Shown piece after piece: positions 25,444-38,495 of a stretch of 56,305 bases of DNA. Numbering within the stretch: position 1 is the stretch's first letter; every line of letters starts with the position of its first letter. The stretch covers positions 1 through 56,305 of the forward strand of contig KZ538647.1 in NCBI GenBank assembly GCA_000934665.2. Direction: 5' to 3'. Below the pieces are notes generated by a model. It was not told where the DNA came from and made no database searches. It was given only the letters and a program-made list of their open reading frames with translations. The DNA is from Catajapyx aquilonaris (Eukaryota). The translations under genes and the position numbers were made by a program.

Positions 25444-25773
25444 CAATTCCGTTGCCACGAAGATCGGGTGCCATGGCAATCCCGTTGCCGGGAAGATCGG
25501 GTGCCACGGCAATCCCGTTGCCATGAATACGAGGTGACATGGCAATCCCATTGCCATGAAGATCGGGTGCCATGGAAATCCCGTTGCCAGGAATAACAGG
25601 TGCCATGGCAATCCCGTTGCCGGGAAGATCAGGTGCCATGGCAATCCCGTTGCCAGGAAGAGCAGGTGCCATGGCAATCCCGTTGCCAGGAAGATCAGGT
25701 GCCATGGCAATCCCGTTGCCAGGAAGAACAAGTGCCATGGCAATCCCGTTGCCGGGAAGATCAGGTGCCATGG
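25444..25773. repeat. 33-bp minisatellite, about 10 units
   Basis: Unit TGCCATGGCAATCCCGTTGCCAGGAAGATCAGG; it produces the 11-aa periodicity in the ORF track. Confidence 0.93.
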
Positions 25774-26844
25774 ACAAATTAAGTAAGTAAGTAACTACTG
25801 TAACTAACCTTCCTTTACGTAGGCAATGGACTATGTAAGATAGATTTCTTTCAGTTTGGTTACCTTTCTCTTTCCTTTCCCAGAAGTGAATGAATGGGCC
25901 TAAGGGCTAACTTAATGCAAGTTTTGGATGTCTGCTTTGGCCTTCTTCATCCTCCGACCGCCCACCTTGGCAGCTGCTGTGTATAAATCTCCAGCTTCCA
26001 GTTATTTCCATTTTTTTCTTCTCCAGCGGCCAGGAGTTATAAGGAAAAGAGCATTCATCTTTTGCTTTCCTGGATTTGTGACAGCCCAATATTAGTCAGG
26101 GATTTTTCCCCCCCTTTTGGAAGGAAAAAAACCTTAGCACACTTCCCACCATTTCTTGTGTGTTGAATTGGCTCTCAGCGTTCTTGAAAGAGTGGAAATA
26201 ATTCGGGTGACGGACATTCTTCACCGTCACCTGACTTCTTTCCCCATCATCAAGTCCACATCAATCGTCCTCGAGAAGTGTTAACTTTCGAATGCAGTCC
26301 TGCGTCTAGCCACCTAATAGTGGACCTCGCAATCATACCAGTGTTTTATGTCCTCCAAGAGACAGTGTGACAGGTCGTACCGAAGGAGAGGAAAATTTTG
26401 CATGCCATTCAGCTGCAGACTCTGCGAAAAGAGGAATTTGCGACATCCGGAGAGAAGACTAGGGTCATAGCCAGCATCGATTTCATTGGACCAGTTACGA
26501 GCCAGCGGAACAGACTGCGGTGGGCTGGATTGGGTGGGCGGGTAGATTTTTTTTAAAGGGGGGGTCCAGAGAATAAAAAATATTGGCGAAGACATTTGGA
26601 GGCTTCGGGAGGGATCAGTTGAAAGGGAGGGATGACTCGGGCTGGAAAAGTGCAACTGCCCAAACCCATTTCACACTTACGCGACCAGCTGAGGACGCCA
26701 AAAAAATGGGCCAAAAAATTATTCCACACGGAGATAAGTTATACACACGATGTTAGTGTGTATGCAAGACGCCAGTTCCCAGCTTAGCGATTCAGAGTCG
26801 GGACTTTAGGAGAGAAAATATGTGGTTAGGAGGAGAGGAGCCTA

Positions 26845-26960
26845 AATGGAGGGAGGAAGCCTGAAAATTCATCAGGGATAAGATCAAGTCTATGAGAGAA
26901 GAGAGCTTACAGGACCGGAAGCTGCGTCTGCCGAATACAAACGACCGCATTACGACGACA
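26845..26960. repeat. Dispersed repeat family I (also ~44985-45110)
   Basis: Both copies carry aaatggagg...aattcatcag...ggaagct.cgtctgccgaat.caaacgaccg. Confidence 0.6.
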
Positions 26961-28199
26961 CTTCTTATAGTCGGTGGGGGAGAAAAGGAGGATCTCTAGC
27001 CTTTTTTTGCCTGGCTCATCACACCACCATCACTCCTTGGAGCCTGAATTGTCTTTGAGAGTTGGATTGTGTGGTGGGGGGAAAATGTGCGTTCTTCCTA
27101 TAGAGAGTTGAGGATCAGAGCTATAAACGACAGACGCAATAGAAGCTTCAGCATCAACTCCTCACACAAGGTTTGCACAAACTTGCCCTGGCTTGTTTAT
27201 AAGCATTTCCACTAGTGGACAGTACGAATATATAGAGTCCCTCTGAGCAAAGCGTGGAATTCGCAAAACGTCCAGATGAAGGAGGGAAGAAGAGAATATA
27301 ATGCTCTTTATGGAGTTATGTAAATACCTTTGTGTGCATCCGAGCACAACCGAGGGTAGTATTGTATTATGCTAATGGAGGGCTTCAAAGTCTCATTGTT
27401 AACCGCAATACAGAGCTGTGTGTGTGCGGCTTGCTTTGCTTGTGAAACCGCAGCGTTGTTGCAAACTAGCTGGACGTTTTGGTGAGGTCCGGTTGTAACC
27501 ACAAGGTGTGTCGTAATTTGATGGGTTTCTTGGCCCGAAATGTATACGTGCACTCCCCAGCAGGCTGTGCGAGCCTCTCCAATTTTTGAAATTGCGCTGT
27601 GGCGCTTGATATTTGGGCGGTGTGAGACTGCAGTCTGCTGCGGGGCATCTGAGCCTTTTCCTCTCTCCGGTTGCATCCGTCTGCAGACAAATGAGAAGCG
27701 ACACGGCTCAAAACACAAGCTGGCCTCCTTGTCTAGCGAGAGATATGGAAATATACGGGGGGACGTGTACGGAAAATTAAGGAGAAGGAAAAGGATTCGG
27801 GAGAGGTAAGAAAAAGGGGAGGGCAAAGGCAGATAAATGGAGGCGACGGCAAGTGTTGGGGGACCCAGGCTGAGGTCCCCGAGCAATCTGTGCAGACACT
27901 GTTGCAGCGACAATCTCATCTCGGCTGGAGGCTGCAGCGGGTAAGACCTGGATTCGGGAAGGCTAAAGAAAATTCCCTAGGGGACACGGGAAAAGTTCAG
28001 CACCGATACCGCACCTGTACGAAGGGGGGTCTACCTTCGAAAAATTGGCAAAATATCCGATGCGACGCTCGCAGTCAGGGATTGAGCGCCAGAAATCGTG
28101 CCTTCCAAGTGGAGTCCTCGACTTACGTCAATCCGGACACACTTGTTAAATACTTACAGGGAAAAAAAGACGTTGCCAAAAATTTTGGCACGCGATGGT

Positions 28200-28340
28200 G
28201 GTCGGTTCAATCAGGGCCATTGGAAGGAATCTGCTCGAAAAATATGTGGGAGCTGTGATGTTCCCTTCTGGCAAAGGATCGTGCCGGGCATGCACTCGAG
28301 GGACACATTCGCGGGAAACGGATGTTCCGGGACTTGGCAA
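28200..28340. repeat. Dispersed repeat family C (also ~32408-32520)
   Basis: Both copies carry gttcaatcagg...tgtgatgttcc..ctg.caa...cgtgccgggcatgcac.cgagggacacattcg...cggatg.tccgg. Confidence 0.7.
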
Positions 28341-29588
28341 ATCTTTGCACAGAACCAATGGTGGTGGTGGTGGGGTAGGAGCAATCGGGCATTTCATTCA
28401 GATACAAACGGGCGGGCATTCCAACACACAACTCGGATGCAACGAATTCCAATAAGGTCAATATGCTTCCAATCTGAGCAGGAAAAAAGGAGGGCGATGG
28501 GCCTTACTCCTGCTGAGGTTAGGTTAGGTTAGGTTAGCCTAATATTTTCTTTTAAATAAAATGGCCGAATTGTCGTCCGATATTTTTGATTTTAAAATAA
28601 TATTATCGCATTTCCATTCTAAATATTCATACGGACTTCCCAGTGTTAAAGGGTGAGCGTGGCGAAGAGTGCTGGGTGAAGTGACCCAGATATGAAATGG
28701 CGAAGAAGTGAGGAAGGGGTGAGCCGAATGGAAGGAAGAGGCGGAGAAAGCCAAGAGAGGAAGACGAGGAGGGGCAAAGTGTGTGTGGAGGGGTGGGGGG
28801 TGTCCCTGGAGAAGGGTTGCCTGGAATTATCCAAGGCGAAGTGTCCAGACCAATTTGCTGGTCCTTCGCCTTCCCTCTCTAGCCTGCTGGGAAATATCTC
28901 CAAACGTCTTCCATGATACCACTCCTGTCTATATTTCCGTCCACAACTATTACTCTCTCACCTGGACCTGGAAGCTCTATAAAAAAGGTAGGGCCAGCTG
29001 GCCCTAAATTGGGACGATGAAGGACTGGGAAAAAAAGGCTGCAGTTTCAAGCTGCATTCAGATTCTTGAATTTCAAAACGAAACTGGCTGAAAGAGCCGA
29101 GTGAGTTTAGCTAGTGCCCAGATTGTACCGCGAGAGTTGACGAGCGTATAAATCAAGCCAAGTGCTACAATCAGGCTCCAGCAGCACACTCTTCTTTGGG
29201 CTGTGCAAAAATCTGACCCTTTACTGCGAATTAAAAACCTCGAGCCACTTACGCTTTTTAATCAGGCGTACCTCCCCCCCGCTGAAATATTTCACGCTCC
29301 ACATATTTGTCAAATGCAGCACATGCCGACTGAAATGCCACGTTAATTACTCCACGCATGATGCAGGGGGATGCATTTTAAACTACGTCTCGACCGCGTC
29401 TCGGCTGCCAGATACTGGGCCATGCACTGGTCCAGTCACACATCCATTATTGATGTGTGCGTGAGTCTGCTGCTTCTGGTCGCATCTGGTTAGCAGATGG
29501 GATTTATCACGCCCATGTTTTCTACCTGGCCTGACCCAGTTTCTGTGTGTCCTACCACATGCGCTCCATGTATCTTACATAATGTTAT

Positions 29589-29935
29589 CAGGGATCATAT
29601 ACTACATAAGAGGCGCCAACATTATCTGTTTGGGGCGTTGCCAAGGCTGGCGGCCATTTTGAAGTGTGGGGAACGCCAACGAGTATAAATAAGGTACAGG
29701 CAAAAATAGGGTCAGCCATCTTTGATTCGCGCGTGTTCTTGCCGTGTAGTTGCCATGGCCGCCAAAACCATCAAAGATGGCGGACCCTATTTTTGGCTGT
29801 ACCCTATTTATACCTCGTTGACGTTCCCTACACTTCAAAATGGCCGCCAGCCTTGGCAACAGCGCCAAACAGAGAGACGCGAACATCAAAGGCGCCGACA
29901 GAACTTTCCGCCTCTTATGTAGTATATGCTCCCTG
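29589..29935. mobile_element. Foldback MITE family A, copy 3; 7-bp TSD atgttat/gtgttat
   Basis: CAGGGATCATATACTACATAAGAGG ... CCTCTTATGTAGTATATGCTCCCTG with long inverted arms. Confidence 0.9.
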
Positions 29936-31364
29936 GTGTTATGTAAAACAGAAAGTTTGTTGGTATTTATGTATTCTCGGGCAATGTAACTCACTTCCGG
30001 AGTACTGCGAGTTCTGAAACTTAGCACACCGATGTCTTACGTGCCACTGATTCCGGAAAAAGTCCTAGAACAGCACTTGTTTGAATCTAAATGCCCAAAA
30101 TTTTGGATTTAATATGTCGATCACTGTGCGAAGGACGGGTTCCCTGCTTGTCCCGTTATATTGTACACTCAAATCATACATATCAGCGCTTTCTTGGAGT
30201 AATGGAAATGCTGTAACATACTGCCTTGCCCCATCATCCTACAGAATAACCAGGGGGGATGGGTATGGCTGTACAGCGTGATAGGGGCTTGTTGAGAGGA
30301 GGCTTTTCCGGATGTGGACGCAAACACGGGCTGACATCAAAGCCAGGCGCCGGAAGCAAATCGGGCCCACGTCCACTGCAATTTCTGGTAATGCGCCTGG
30401 AGTAGACTACTACTGACTCTCTCGCTAGTGGTCCAGCAGCCAGCCGCATTCCTGCACCACGCAAAAGCCAAGTCAGAAACGACCCAACAAGTAGCCAGAT
30501 TGGGCCAAAACGGGCCTGAAATGTACAGAAATAACATGCCCCCAAGACACGCGCGGCCACCCTTATAAGAGACGCCCTTCGAAAGTGGAATGAAATATTC
30601 AAAGGGGGATATCTGGTTTTAATGCAAAGGATGGGAAATGAGAAGGAGGGATGTTTGAAATGGTGAGGAAATCAAGCCCCTTGCTGCACCCAGGGGCTTT
30701 ACAACAAAGGCAAGGAGGCGTTGGCAGCAAATAATTTCTGGCGCCCCTGGGAATAATGGGGGGGATGAGGAGGAGAGGAGAGAGAAAAGCGGAGAGAGGA
30801 AACTTTGTTAGCACGATTCCTTCCTATTCCCACACAAATCCCATTCCAATAAGACTAGAGGAAAAGGGCCCTGAGACATTTCAACGGAGGCGGCCTTGCT
30901 CCTCCTCGATGGTGATTTACAAGCAATGCATTACCTTCCTTGTCTTATACCGTCGGGCTTCAAACACGATGCTTAAACAATGGGCCGGATAAACATTCAA
31001 AAGTTCCGGATTGGAATAAATGATCCGGTTCTGAAACGTCCACCTTGCGATATACAAATTTGCAATTATATTAACAGTGGCTTGAAAAGAGGACTGGAAA
31101 AAATATCGAAAAATGAAAGCAAAAGGGACAGAATCACACAGCGTGGAATGAAAGGTAGAAACCACTAATAACTTATTAAGCGCCCCCATTTTGAAATGCC
31201 GTGGACAGGAGGAGGCCTGCAGTTATTATTAGCTACAGTTACGCTGACCTGTGCTCATGTTTGACTCTGTCATTGTTTCGGTCCATATTTGCCTTTTCTG
31301 TGGCTTTTTAAACGTCAGAAATTACTCCAAGCTTATATTCCGATTGTATGAACAGAAATGGGAA

Positions 31365-31678
31365 ATCGCGTCATTCGAGTAGATTTTCTCCCATTGGCCA
31401 GTGGGAAATGATGCTGACAAACCCGATAAGATAGGACAACAATGACATTGATTGTTGTCATTCTCATTTCCTGTTGCCAATGAATCTGCCTGTAAATTGA
31501 CAGTGGCGGATAAATTGAACCCAGGAAACCGGAAGTTGACCATGGAACCTATATTTTGGTCATGCTGAATCCGAGTCCGAAAGCCGTTTGTCGCCATCTC
31601 TTGCAGTTTAGGTCCTGATATATGTCCACGGACAGACGGACTGACAGAGTTTTTTCGATGAGAAAAAGTCTACAAATA
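31365..31678 (-). mobile_element. DINE-1/HINE-like non-autonomous Helentron, family D
   Basis: Shares attcgagtaga.tttt, ccggaagttgaccatggaacctat, a (GACG/GACA) microsatellite and terminal aaaaagtcta with three other copies. Confidence 0.65.
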
Positions 31679-33537
31679 ATGGTCCCAAAATGCGTCTGTG
31701 GTCGTAATAAAATATTAATTAATTCGTTAATCACTTTGCATTTGCCACGAATTGGCTGTTATACACTGACACTTGTTTATTTTAATTATTTCCGACGTGC
31801 GATACATTTTATTAGCTGATTTTTGTTCATTTTGTGTTTCCACCATTTATCTAATTATTATTCATCGTTTCGTAGTTAATTTCGCGACTGTTTGTTCCGC
31901 GATTATCTCGTCTTCCATATAAATGCGAGGATGCCCTGCAGGCAGAGAGTGTGCTGATGCATAGATCCCCACCTGAAGGGCACTTAAGCCTGCAACACTG
32001 TAAGAGAGGGGGCCCCCCTGCTCTTTATTCTCCAAAAGGACACCGTGTGAATGCAAAGTAAGCCTCCGCTTTGTCTGCACAGGAATACAGAGACATACAG
32101 GGTGTATCGTAACGATGTATGAAAACATGTAGGGTCTGCGCAATGCTTGCACCAAAATTTAAGACGAAAAGTGAAGGCAACATGGCTGAATCAACACTTT
32201 GTACACCAGCGAACGTGTGTGAAATCCAGCAATCAGGAAACCCGCTGACTAAACTGGACAAATCATGTCTGAAAATTGGTCTACCAAGAATGGCGATTCG
32301 TTAGGTCTGTTCCACAACGGTTTCTGCCCAATACACCCATCCCCCCCCCCTCCTCCCAAAAAAAAGGTGGGTCAGGCTTATTGGCTCTGGCACGTGTGCC
32401 TCTGGCGGTTGTTCAATCAGGTTTCTGTTGCAGGATGTGATGTTCCGTCTGACAAGAAACCGTGCCGGGCATGCACCCGAGGGACACATTCGAAGGATCC
32501 GGATGCTCCGGACTTGACCCGGAATTATTGACAAGTCGCTGGACGAAACGGAACCAATTCGGCCTCTAGCTGACCTCTCCAAAAGCCAGTAGTAATACTG
32601 AAATAGAATCTCAATTACAGCCAGATCTCCTAATGGGAAATCGCAACATTTGGTGGTCAATTTGGCAGCATTTCTAACGATAGGTATTATCTGGCGAGTT
32701 AGGCAGTAAAATGACGATGTTTTTCAATTCCATTCCTGTGCAGGCTACACCGGGTAAACACGGAGACGTTTAGCTTTGCATTTGTACTACTTTTTTTGTG
32801 TGTGTGTTTTAAAGCTGGCAGAGCTCGCGCCACTGAGAGAATAAAAACGTGGGAGCAGCAGCTGTTTCTGAACTGCGGAACGGGCAGCCAATAGAAATTG
32901 CTGGGAATGGTGGCGGCGGAAGTGGGGAGCGTTTTTCCTCGGGATAAGAATGGGGGGAAATGCATCGGGACAAACAAAAAAGAGAGAGAGAGACGGCCGG
33001 AAAGGGGGTGGGCTCGCATACTCTTTTATATCCGTCCTCTCGAGACTTTTATAGTGTTTTACTGTTGCATTAGTTTTGGGCTGCTGGTTGGAAAAGGGAA
33101 AGGCCGGACTTTTCTGAATACAAACGAGATCGCGCCAAATACTGCAGCGACTCCTGTAAAAGCAATTTGTACAATCTTACGAGATAAAGATTAGAGATCA
33201 TTAGCCAAAATAATGACTTGAAAATGATACGCCACTTAAATCTTGGCTGGAAATATAACGATGGAACCCGCGGCAAATCTGCAGTTGGAGAGATTTTTCC
33301 TCCAGTGGAGTGTGTGCAGTGAGGCACGTCCTTGCTGGAGAAAGGCAGCCCCGAATCAAACTTTCTCCGCGCACTTTTTTCCAGACCACGTCTCTCTCGC
33401 CCCCAACGTTGCTAAGAAATGCCAAATGGGCCTGGCTGCGTTTGAAAGCCAGTCCCCTGGGAATGACAGGGGAGCCAGGTTTTTTGACTTTATCCGGATT
33501 GGGTCGAATCCACAAAATATTACTAGTACAGTGCTGG

Positions 33538-33736
33538 ACATTAATTGTGTGTCGTACTTGTGGCGTCACTAGCCGATGGAGGCAAAAGAGCGAATCGAAA
33601 CGATCATAAATCAAACGAAGGCCGTCGTAGGGAGGGAAAATTACGATCGAGTGAGGGTGGTCATCCGGAGGCCGCTTTCGATTCGCTCTTTTGCCGCCAC
33701 TGGCTCATGGTGCCACCAGTACGGCACCATTAATGT
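33538..33736. mobile_element. Degenerate MITE
   Basis: acattaat...gtact...ggcaaaagagcgaatcgaaa / tttcgattcgctcttttgcc...agtac...attaatgt. Confidence 0.65.
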
Positions 33737-34730
33737 TTAACACGGTCCATATTGTGCCAACAGAGTTTATCCTGACTGCTGAGAGCTACCCTTCCGTCTC
33801 TTCTGTGCTGCGGATCATCAACTCAACAGGATGAAAAATCGACCCCGTTTCCCACCGAGTTGATAGACCTTTTTATTCCAAAGTGTTCCCCGCTTCTGCG
33901 CAGGACTTTGCACAAGTTAGTGTCCTTTGTCAACCGGGGTCTTACGAATCCATATTGAGCAGAGAGTGTGGAACACGGCCAAGATTCTGTCTCTCTCGGA
34001 GAAGGGGGCAAGAGGGCCGGAATGAAATCCTAGGAGAAACAACTTTATGGGCATGCACTGTAGGCCTACTTACTCCGGTTTATGTACTGGGATTGTTCCG
34101 AGTGGGAGCAGCGGCCCGGACAATTAAATCCGGTCCAATTGCCCTTGTTGCCAACTTTGCAGCGTCTCTCTATTGATCCCCTTGTCCATCTGCAGACAAC
34201 CCGAGTCCCTCCAATCAATCACGAACACTAGGACAGGGAATATGGCTTGTACTCGACACTGCATAGATTGCGAGCTTCATTTCGAGCTCGGCATGTCTTG
34301 TCATTGGCTGGTGCCTCCTGGCACGACACACTTTGTCTGGCAGGGTTAGTTTGTACAAGCTCAGATATCTGCAGCCCAAGCACTGCCGTGGGCTAAAAAG
34401 AAGAAGAAGAAGAAGAAGAGGAAAAAAGTGCAGTCTTCAAAGTGAGGAAGCCGCGAGGGGTTCAGAGGGGGGGGGGGGGGGTATAGTCCACATTATCAAG
34501 AGTGGATGGCGGAAGGAACGGGGGTTTGGATGCTGCCAGTTTGGGAGGCTGCCAAGGTCGGAATCAAAGTTAGCCAACAGCAATTCGACCAACCTCCTCC
34601 ACCTGCCGGAGGAAAAACACTCGCCTCTTTTTTGTGCCCCCAATAATGGGGCGGGAAGGCACCATATTGAGGGGTCAGACGGTCCCAAACCCAGCAACAA
34701 TCCGATAAATATTGCGGAACTCGGAGGGTA

Positions 34731-34884
34731 GTTAGGATAGGCCTGGTTAGATATTAGGTTAGTTATAGATTAGTTAGGTTAGGTTAGGTTAGAATAGATG
34801 AGGTTAGGTTAGATTAGGTTAGGTGAGGTTAGGTGAGGTGAGGTGAGGTTAGTTAGGATAGATTAGTAGATATTAGGGTTAGGT
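34731..34884 (+). repeat. Interstitial degenerate (TTAGG)n / (TGAGG)n tract
   Basis: ttaggttaggttaggttag...ttaggttaggtgaggttaggtgaggtgaggtgagg; shorter related tracts at ~28517, ~39665 and (opposite strand) ~49700. Confidence 0.85.
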
Positions 34885-37204
34885 CATTGTTTAAAAAACC
34901 CACAAATGAGCAAACATATTAGGAAAATGATTGTCAGCAGAGACTTGAAGGCGTCGTGTTGGCAGTGCCAAGCTCTAAATCCAGGTTGATGCATCAGACA
35001 AGTATCTAAATCCGTGTCGGTCCGCGAAATTGGTTCTCTAAAAGTAAACGACATCATCAGGCATCTCAGCCTCTTTCCCTTTTCTTATCTGAAACTGCCC
35101 CCTCCTCCGCTCTCACAGCTTAAGAGTGATGTGCACCACCACTTTAACCAGAGCCGTAATTTCCTCTCGGGCTGCAATGGAAAATAAAATGGGAGGGGTG
35201 GCTGAGGAGAAGGGAATTAGGACCAGTCTTAATTTGCATGCTCCATCCTCGGATTGCTCCAGAAATCATGGAGACTCGGCACAAGTTGCGCCACTCTTTA
35301 GCGCTGTCACTTTTATCGAATTTAATTTTAAAAAACATTTGAAAATTTGCAGGGGTCGTACGCAAATGACTGCGAGTCATTCAACATGAGTGAAATGAAG
35401 GGCTAGTTTTTTCAAGGTGTCCAACGCGGCCCGCCTCGTTTTCCCATGCACCTGGTTTTATTGGAACAGTGTGGGTGGAATTGAATTGGACAAATGGAGC
35501 GAGAGAGAGAGACGGGAGGGGGATGGTGAAACGCAAGCAGGCGCTTTGTTTCACTTTTGTGCTGGGGACTGGCTGCTGCCTTGGAGCCTGAATCTGGCAG
35601 CCAGCTTTTGCAGTATGAAAAGGGAAAGGGGGGGAGGCAGCAATCAGGGGGAAAGGCCTGGCAGACATTTGCATTTTTAAGGGATTGAAGGGACGGGTTT
35701 GAATTGGGGACCTGCACGTTTGCTGGTTAAGTAATACTTCTGCTGGTTCTAATTGGTTCGACCAGGCCATTTATAATTATGTCAACCAAACGCCATTACA
35801 ATAGGCTATACCCATTTAAATCCGATATCCGATAGTTTGTTTGTGGGGAGAACATTGCATGCATTCTGCGCTGTAAGTAATTGCTTCATCACATAAAAAT
35901 GATCGCTGCAAGTGACTGCTTTCAGCGCAATTGCTGTTGCGGAGTACTTGCTCTAAGTAGGTGCAAAGTGGTGGAATTCTGGTTAATTAATGGCCGACTC
36001 GATTCAATGCTGTTGCATTCCCGATGAGAGATGGTCCGGAATGAAGGAAACTCGTAGTTTCCCAGAGAGCGAGTCTATGAATAGGCGCGGGTCTATGCTG
36101 CTTGCAATAGTCTATCGTAGGTCGTACTGCATGAAGCCTCCTCTCCAGAGACACTCGCAGCGAAGTTTGGCGATTCATTTTGCCCGCAGTGCAGAAAGGC
36201 TTTTGCCGAAATGTCGACATATTTTAGCTAATAAATCTTGCAAATTTACCGGATCACTGAATTCGGATGAATCCCAATGGGGGAAGGGGCGGGGGGACGG
36301 ACTGAGAGTGAGTGTGGAAAGAGAAAAATTAGTAGTTCCCATGAAACTTTTCAAAACCAAACTGATTAGGTCCAGCAGACGAGAATTAATGCGAATTCGC
36401 CAAAAACATGATTTTGGACTCGCGCAGTTATTTAACAACTTTGATGGAAGGCAAAATCATTATTGGTATATTTTAACACCCAGTCTATCGTAAACTCTCG
36501 CAATTAACATTATTTTAATAAGCGTAACATTTTCGGGACGTACGTTTATTTAGTTAATGTCCTGAATATTCTCTTTATGCTGCCTGTTTTTTCTAAGCAT
36601 TTGAATATTATTTTCATGATCGCAAATTTCATACCTTCTGGAACCAATTTTGTAACTTTGACCAAAACTTGCAGGTATTTTATTATCGGTAAAAAAAATT
36701 GTCCCGGTGCAGTGCGAATTTGCACGACCTCCTGTTCGGTCCTTGATTTGTTTCTGTAGGCTGTGCATAAATATCTCGAAAAAGTTACAAAAGCCTCGAA
36801 GGCATCTGACGAGTTGGCGGAAATCGAGTGCTCGCACAAGAAGTAAAGAGTCCTTCTAATCTGCGAATCGATGGAGCGCGAATCGCGTTCATAAATTTTG
36901 CAAAAAAGAAAAGGAAAAAAAAAAACTTTTCGGACTAGCTGGGGGTGTCGGGGAAAGGCCGTAAACGAAGAGAGAGGAGGTCGCATAAATATATCTCCGG
37001 GAAATAGCAGAGGATCTGATGGGAAAAGATGCTGCAGGAAATGCGCGGCCACTTTGCACATCAGCAATCTGGGGGAGGAAAAGGGTAGTCTGTCTGATAC
37101 ATGTCCACAGACAGACAGACAGACAGAGCGGTTCTATAATCCTTTTCTCCAAAGAGTCTAAAAAAGGACAGTTGTAGCCTCTAAGTAAATAGAGTTAATA
37201 ACTC

Positions 37205-37508
37205 AAAGATTGGCACATCACGCGAGCGTGATTCGAGTAGACTTTCTCACATTGCCAAGGAAATTCAAATTGGAAAGCAATGACGTAGAATGTTGTCAGT
37301 CTCATACCTCGTTGGAAAATTTATAAATCATATTGACTCGACCGTGGAGGATATAATGAACCCCTGATAACCGGAAGTTGACCATGAAACTTATTTAGGG
37401 TCCTACGAATACGAATTCGAAATGTTGTTGTCGCAATATCTTGTGGGTTAGTCACTGATACATGTCCACAGACGGACGGACAGAGACTTTTATGAGAAAA
37501 CCTCTAAA
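37205..37508 (-). mobile_element. DINE-1/HINE-like Helentron, family D
   Basis: Stem-loop atcacgc-ga-gcgtgat next to subTIR tagacttt; ccggaagttgaccatg; gtccacagacggacggacagag. Confidence 0.65.
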
Positions 37509-38495
37509 AGGAACATAAGAACTGCTTTGAAAATGATGGAGATTAACAGATGATAAATGGCTCCAAATTCTGATTTTTCTCCGGTGACCACAAAAATGTT
37601 GTCTGAACCTTACGAGCCACCCTGTACATTCCTCTCAAGAGTAACCCCCTTCTAATAAGAGTTAACGCCACGTAGTCGGCCATAAATCACTCCGGGCATG
37701 GAGAGTAATCCGGGAGCGACCCCGTTACTCGTCGCCAACCTTTATTCCTTCTTTAAAAAATGTGACATTATCATTAAAGCGGGGGGGACGGGCGACGAAA
37801 CATATTTTAATCCAGCAGCAGCAGGCAGCATCTTCCTCCTTCCATTCTCGTCCTAATATTCTATTGTAGTGTCCCGGGGATGCCCCAGTAATGAATCCGA
37901 GGTCTCCGGAGCAGGTTTTCCATGGCCGTCCGGGGAGCACTCTCTGGAAACTTCTCCTGCCCGGAAATTCTTCCAACATTTACGAGGCCGTTACCCTGGG
38001 ATAGTTAACGCCCTAGCCTTGCACAGCCTCTCTCTCTTTCTCTCTGATGCTGGACCCGGCATAACCCCTCCAGGGTCGTTATCATCCGCAGACTCGGCGC
38101 ACACCTCTGGAAACCGCAACCCCTGCTCATTTCTTACTGGCCCACGGCGGTCTAGAAAGGCGCAATCACAGCTGTTGTTTACAGCCACAGGGTGACTAGC
38201 AACTCAACATTTCCCGCCCCACAAATATTCCCTAGAGACCATCCTTATCTGGGTCAGCTTGTGAGGAAGGAGAGGCGTGGGTGGCATAACCCTGCAGGAG
38301 CATCTCTCGGGAACTGCTATCTACAGGATGCCCTTCTTTCTTCGTGTTTGCGGTGCTCAACTTCTTATCGCTCAGCCTCTCGGGAGAATAATGTGTCCTT
38401 TGCCCTTCAGCAGACAGCATCTCTTAACTCAGCTGGTCCGGGATTACATGTCAATTGGCGCGCAAAATGGTTCTGATGGTTGATATAGACTCATA

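Noticed and set aside
25444..25773. CRISPR-like array, or repetitive protein ORFs such as (PWHLxFLATGL)n
   Set aside because: The variable parts are only 11 bp and are related to each other, there are no cas genes, and the context is eukaryotic. The ORFs in several frames arise from a stop-free 33-bp unit.
26370..26545. Peptide ending RLRWAG, reminiscent of a LINE reverse transcriptase C-terminus
   Set aside because: Only a six-residue resemblance, with no other RT motifs nearby.
16917..30027. Recurrent ORFs containing KDGGPYFCLYP / QRWRTLFLPVP
   Set aside because: They are translations of the palindromic family-A MITE on both strands, not a protein family.
35990..36493. 167-aa ORF
   Set aside because: No recognisable domain, composition typical of non-coding translation, and no supporting splice structure.
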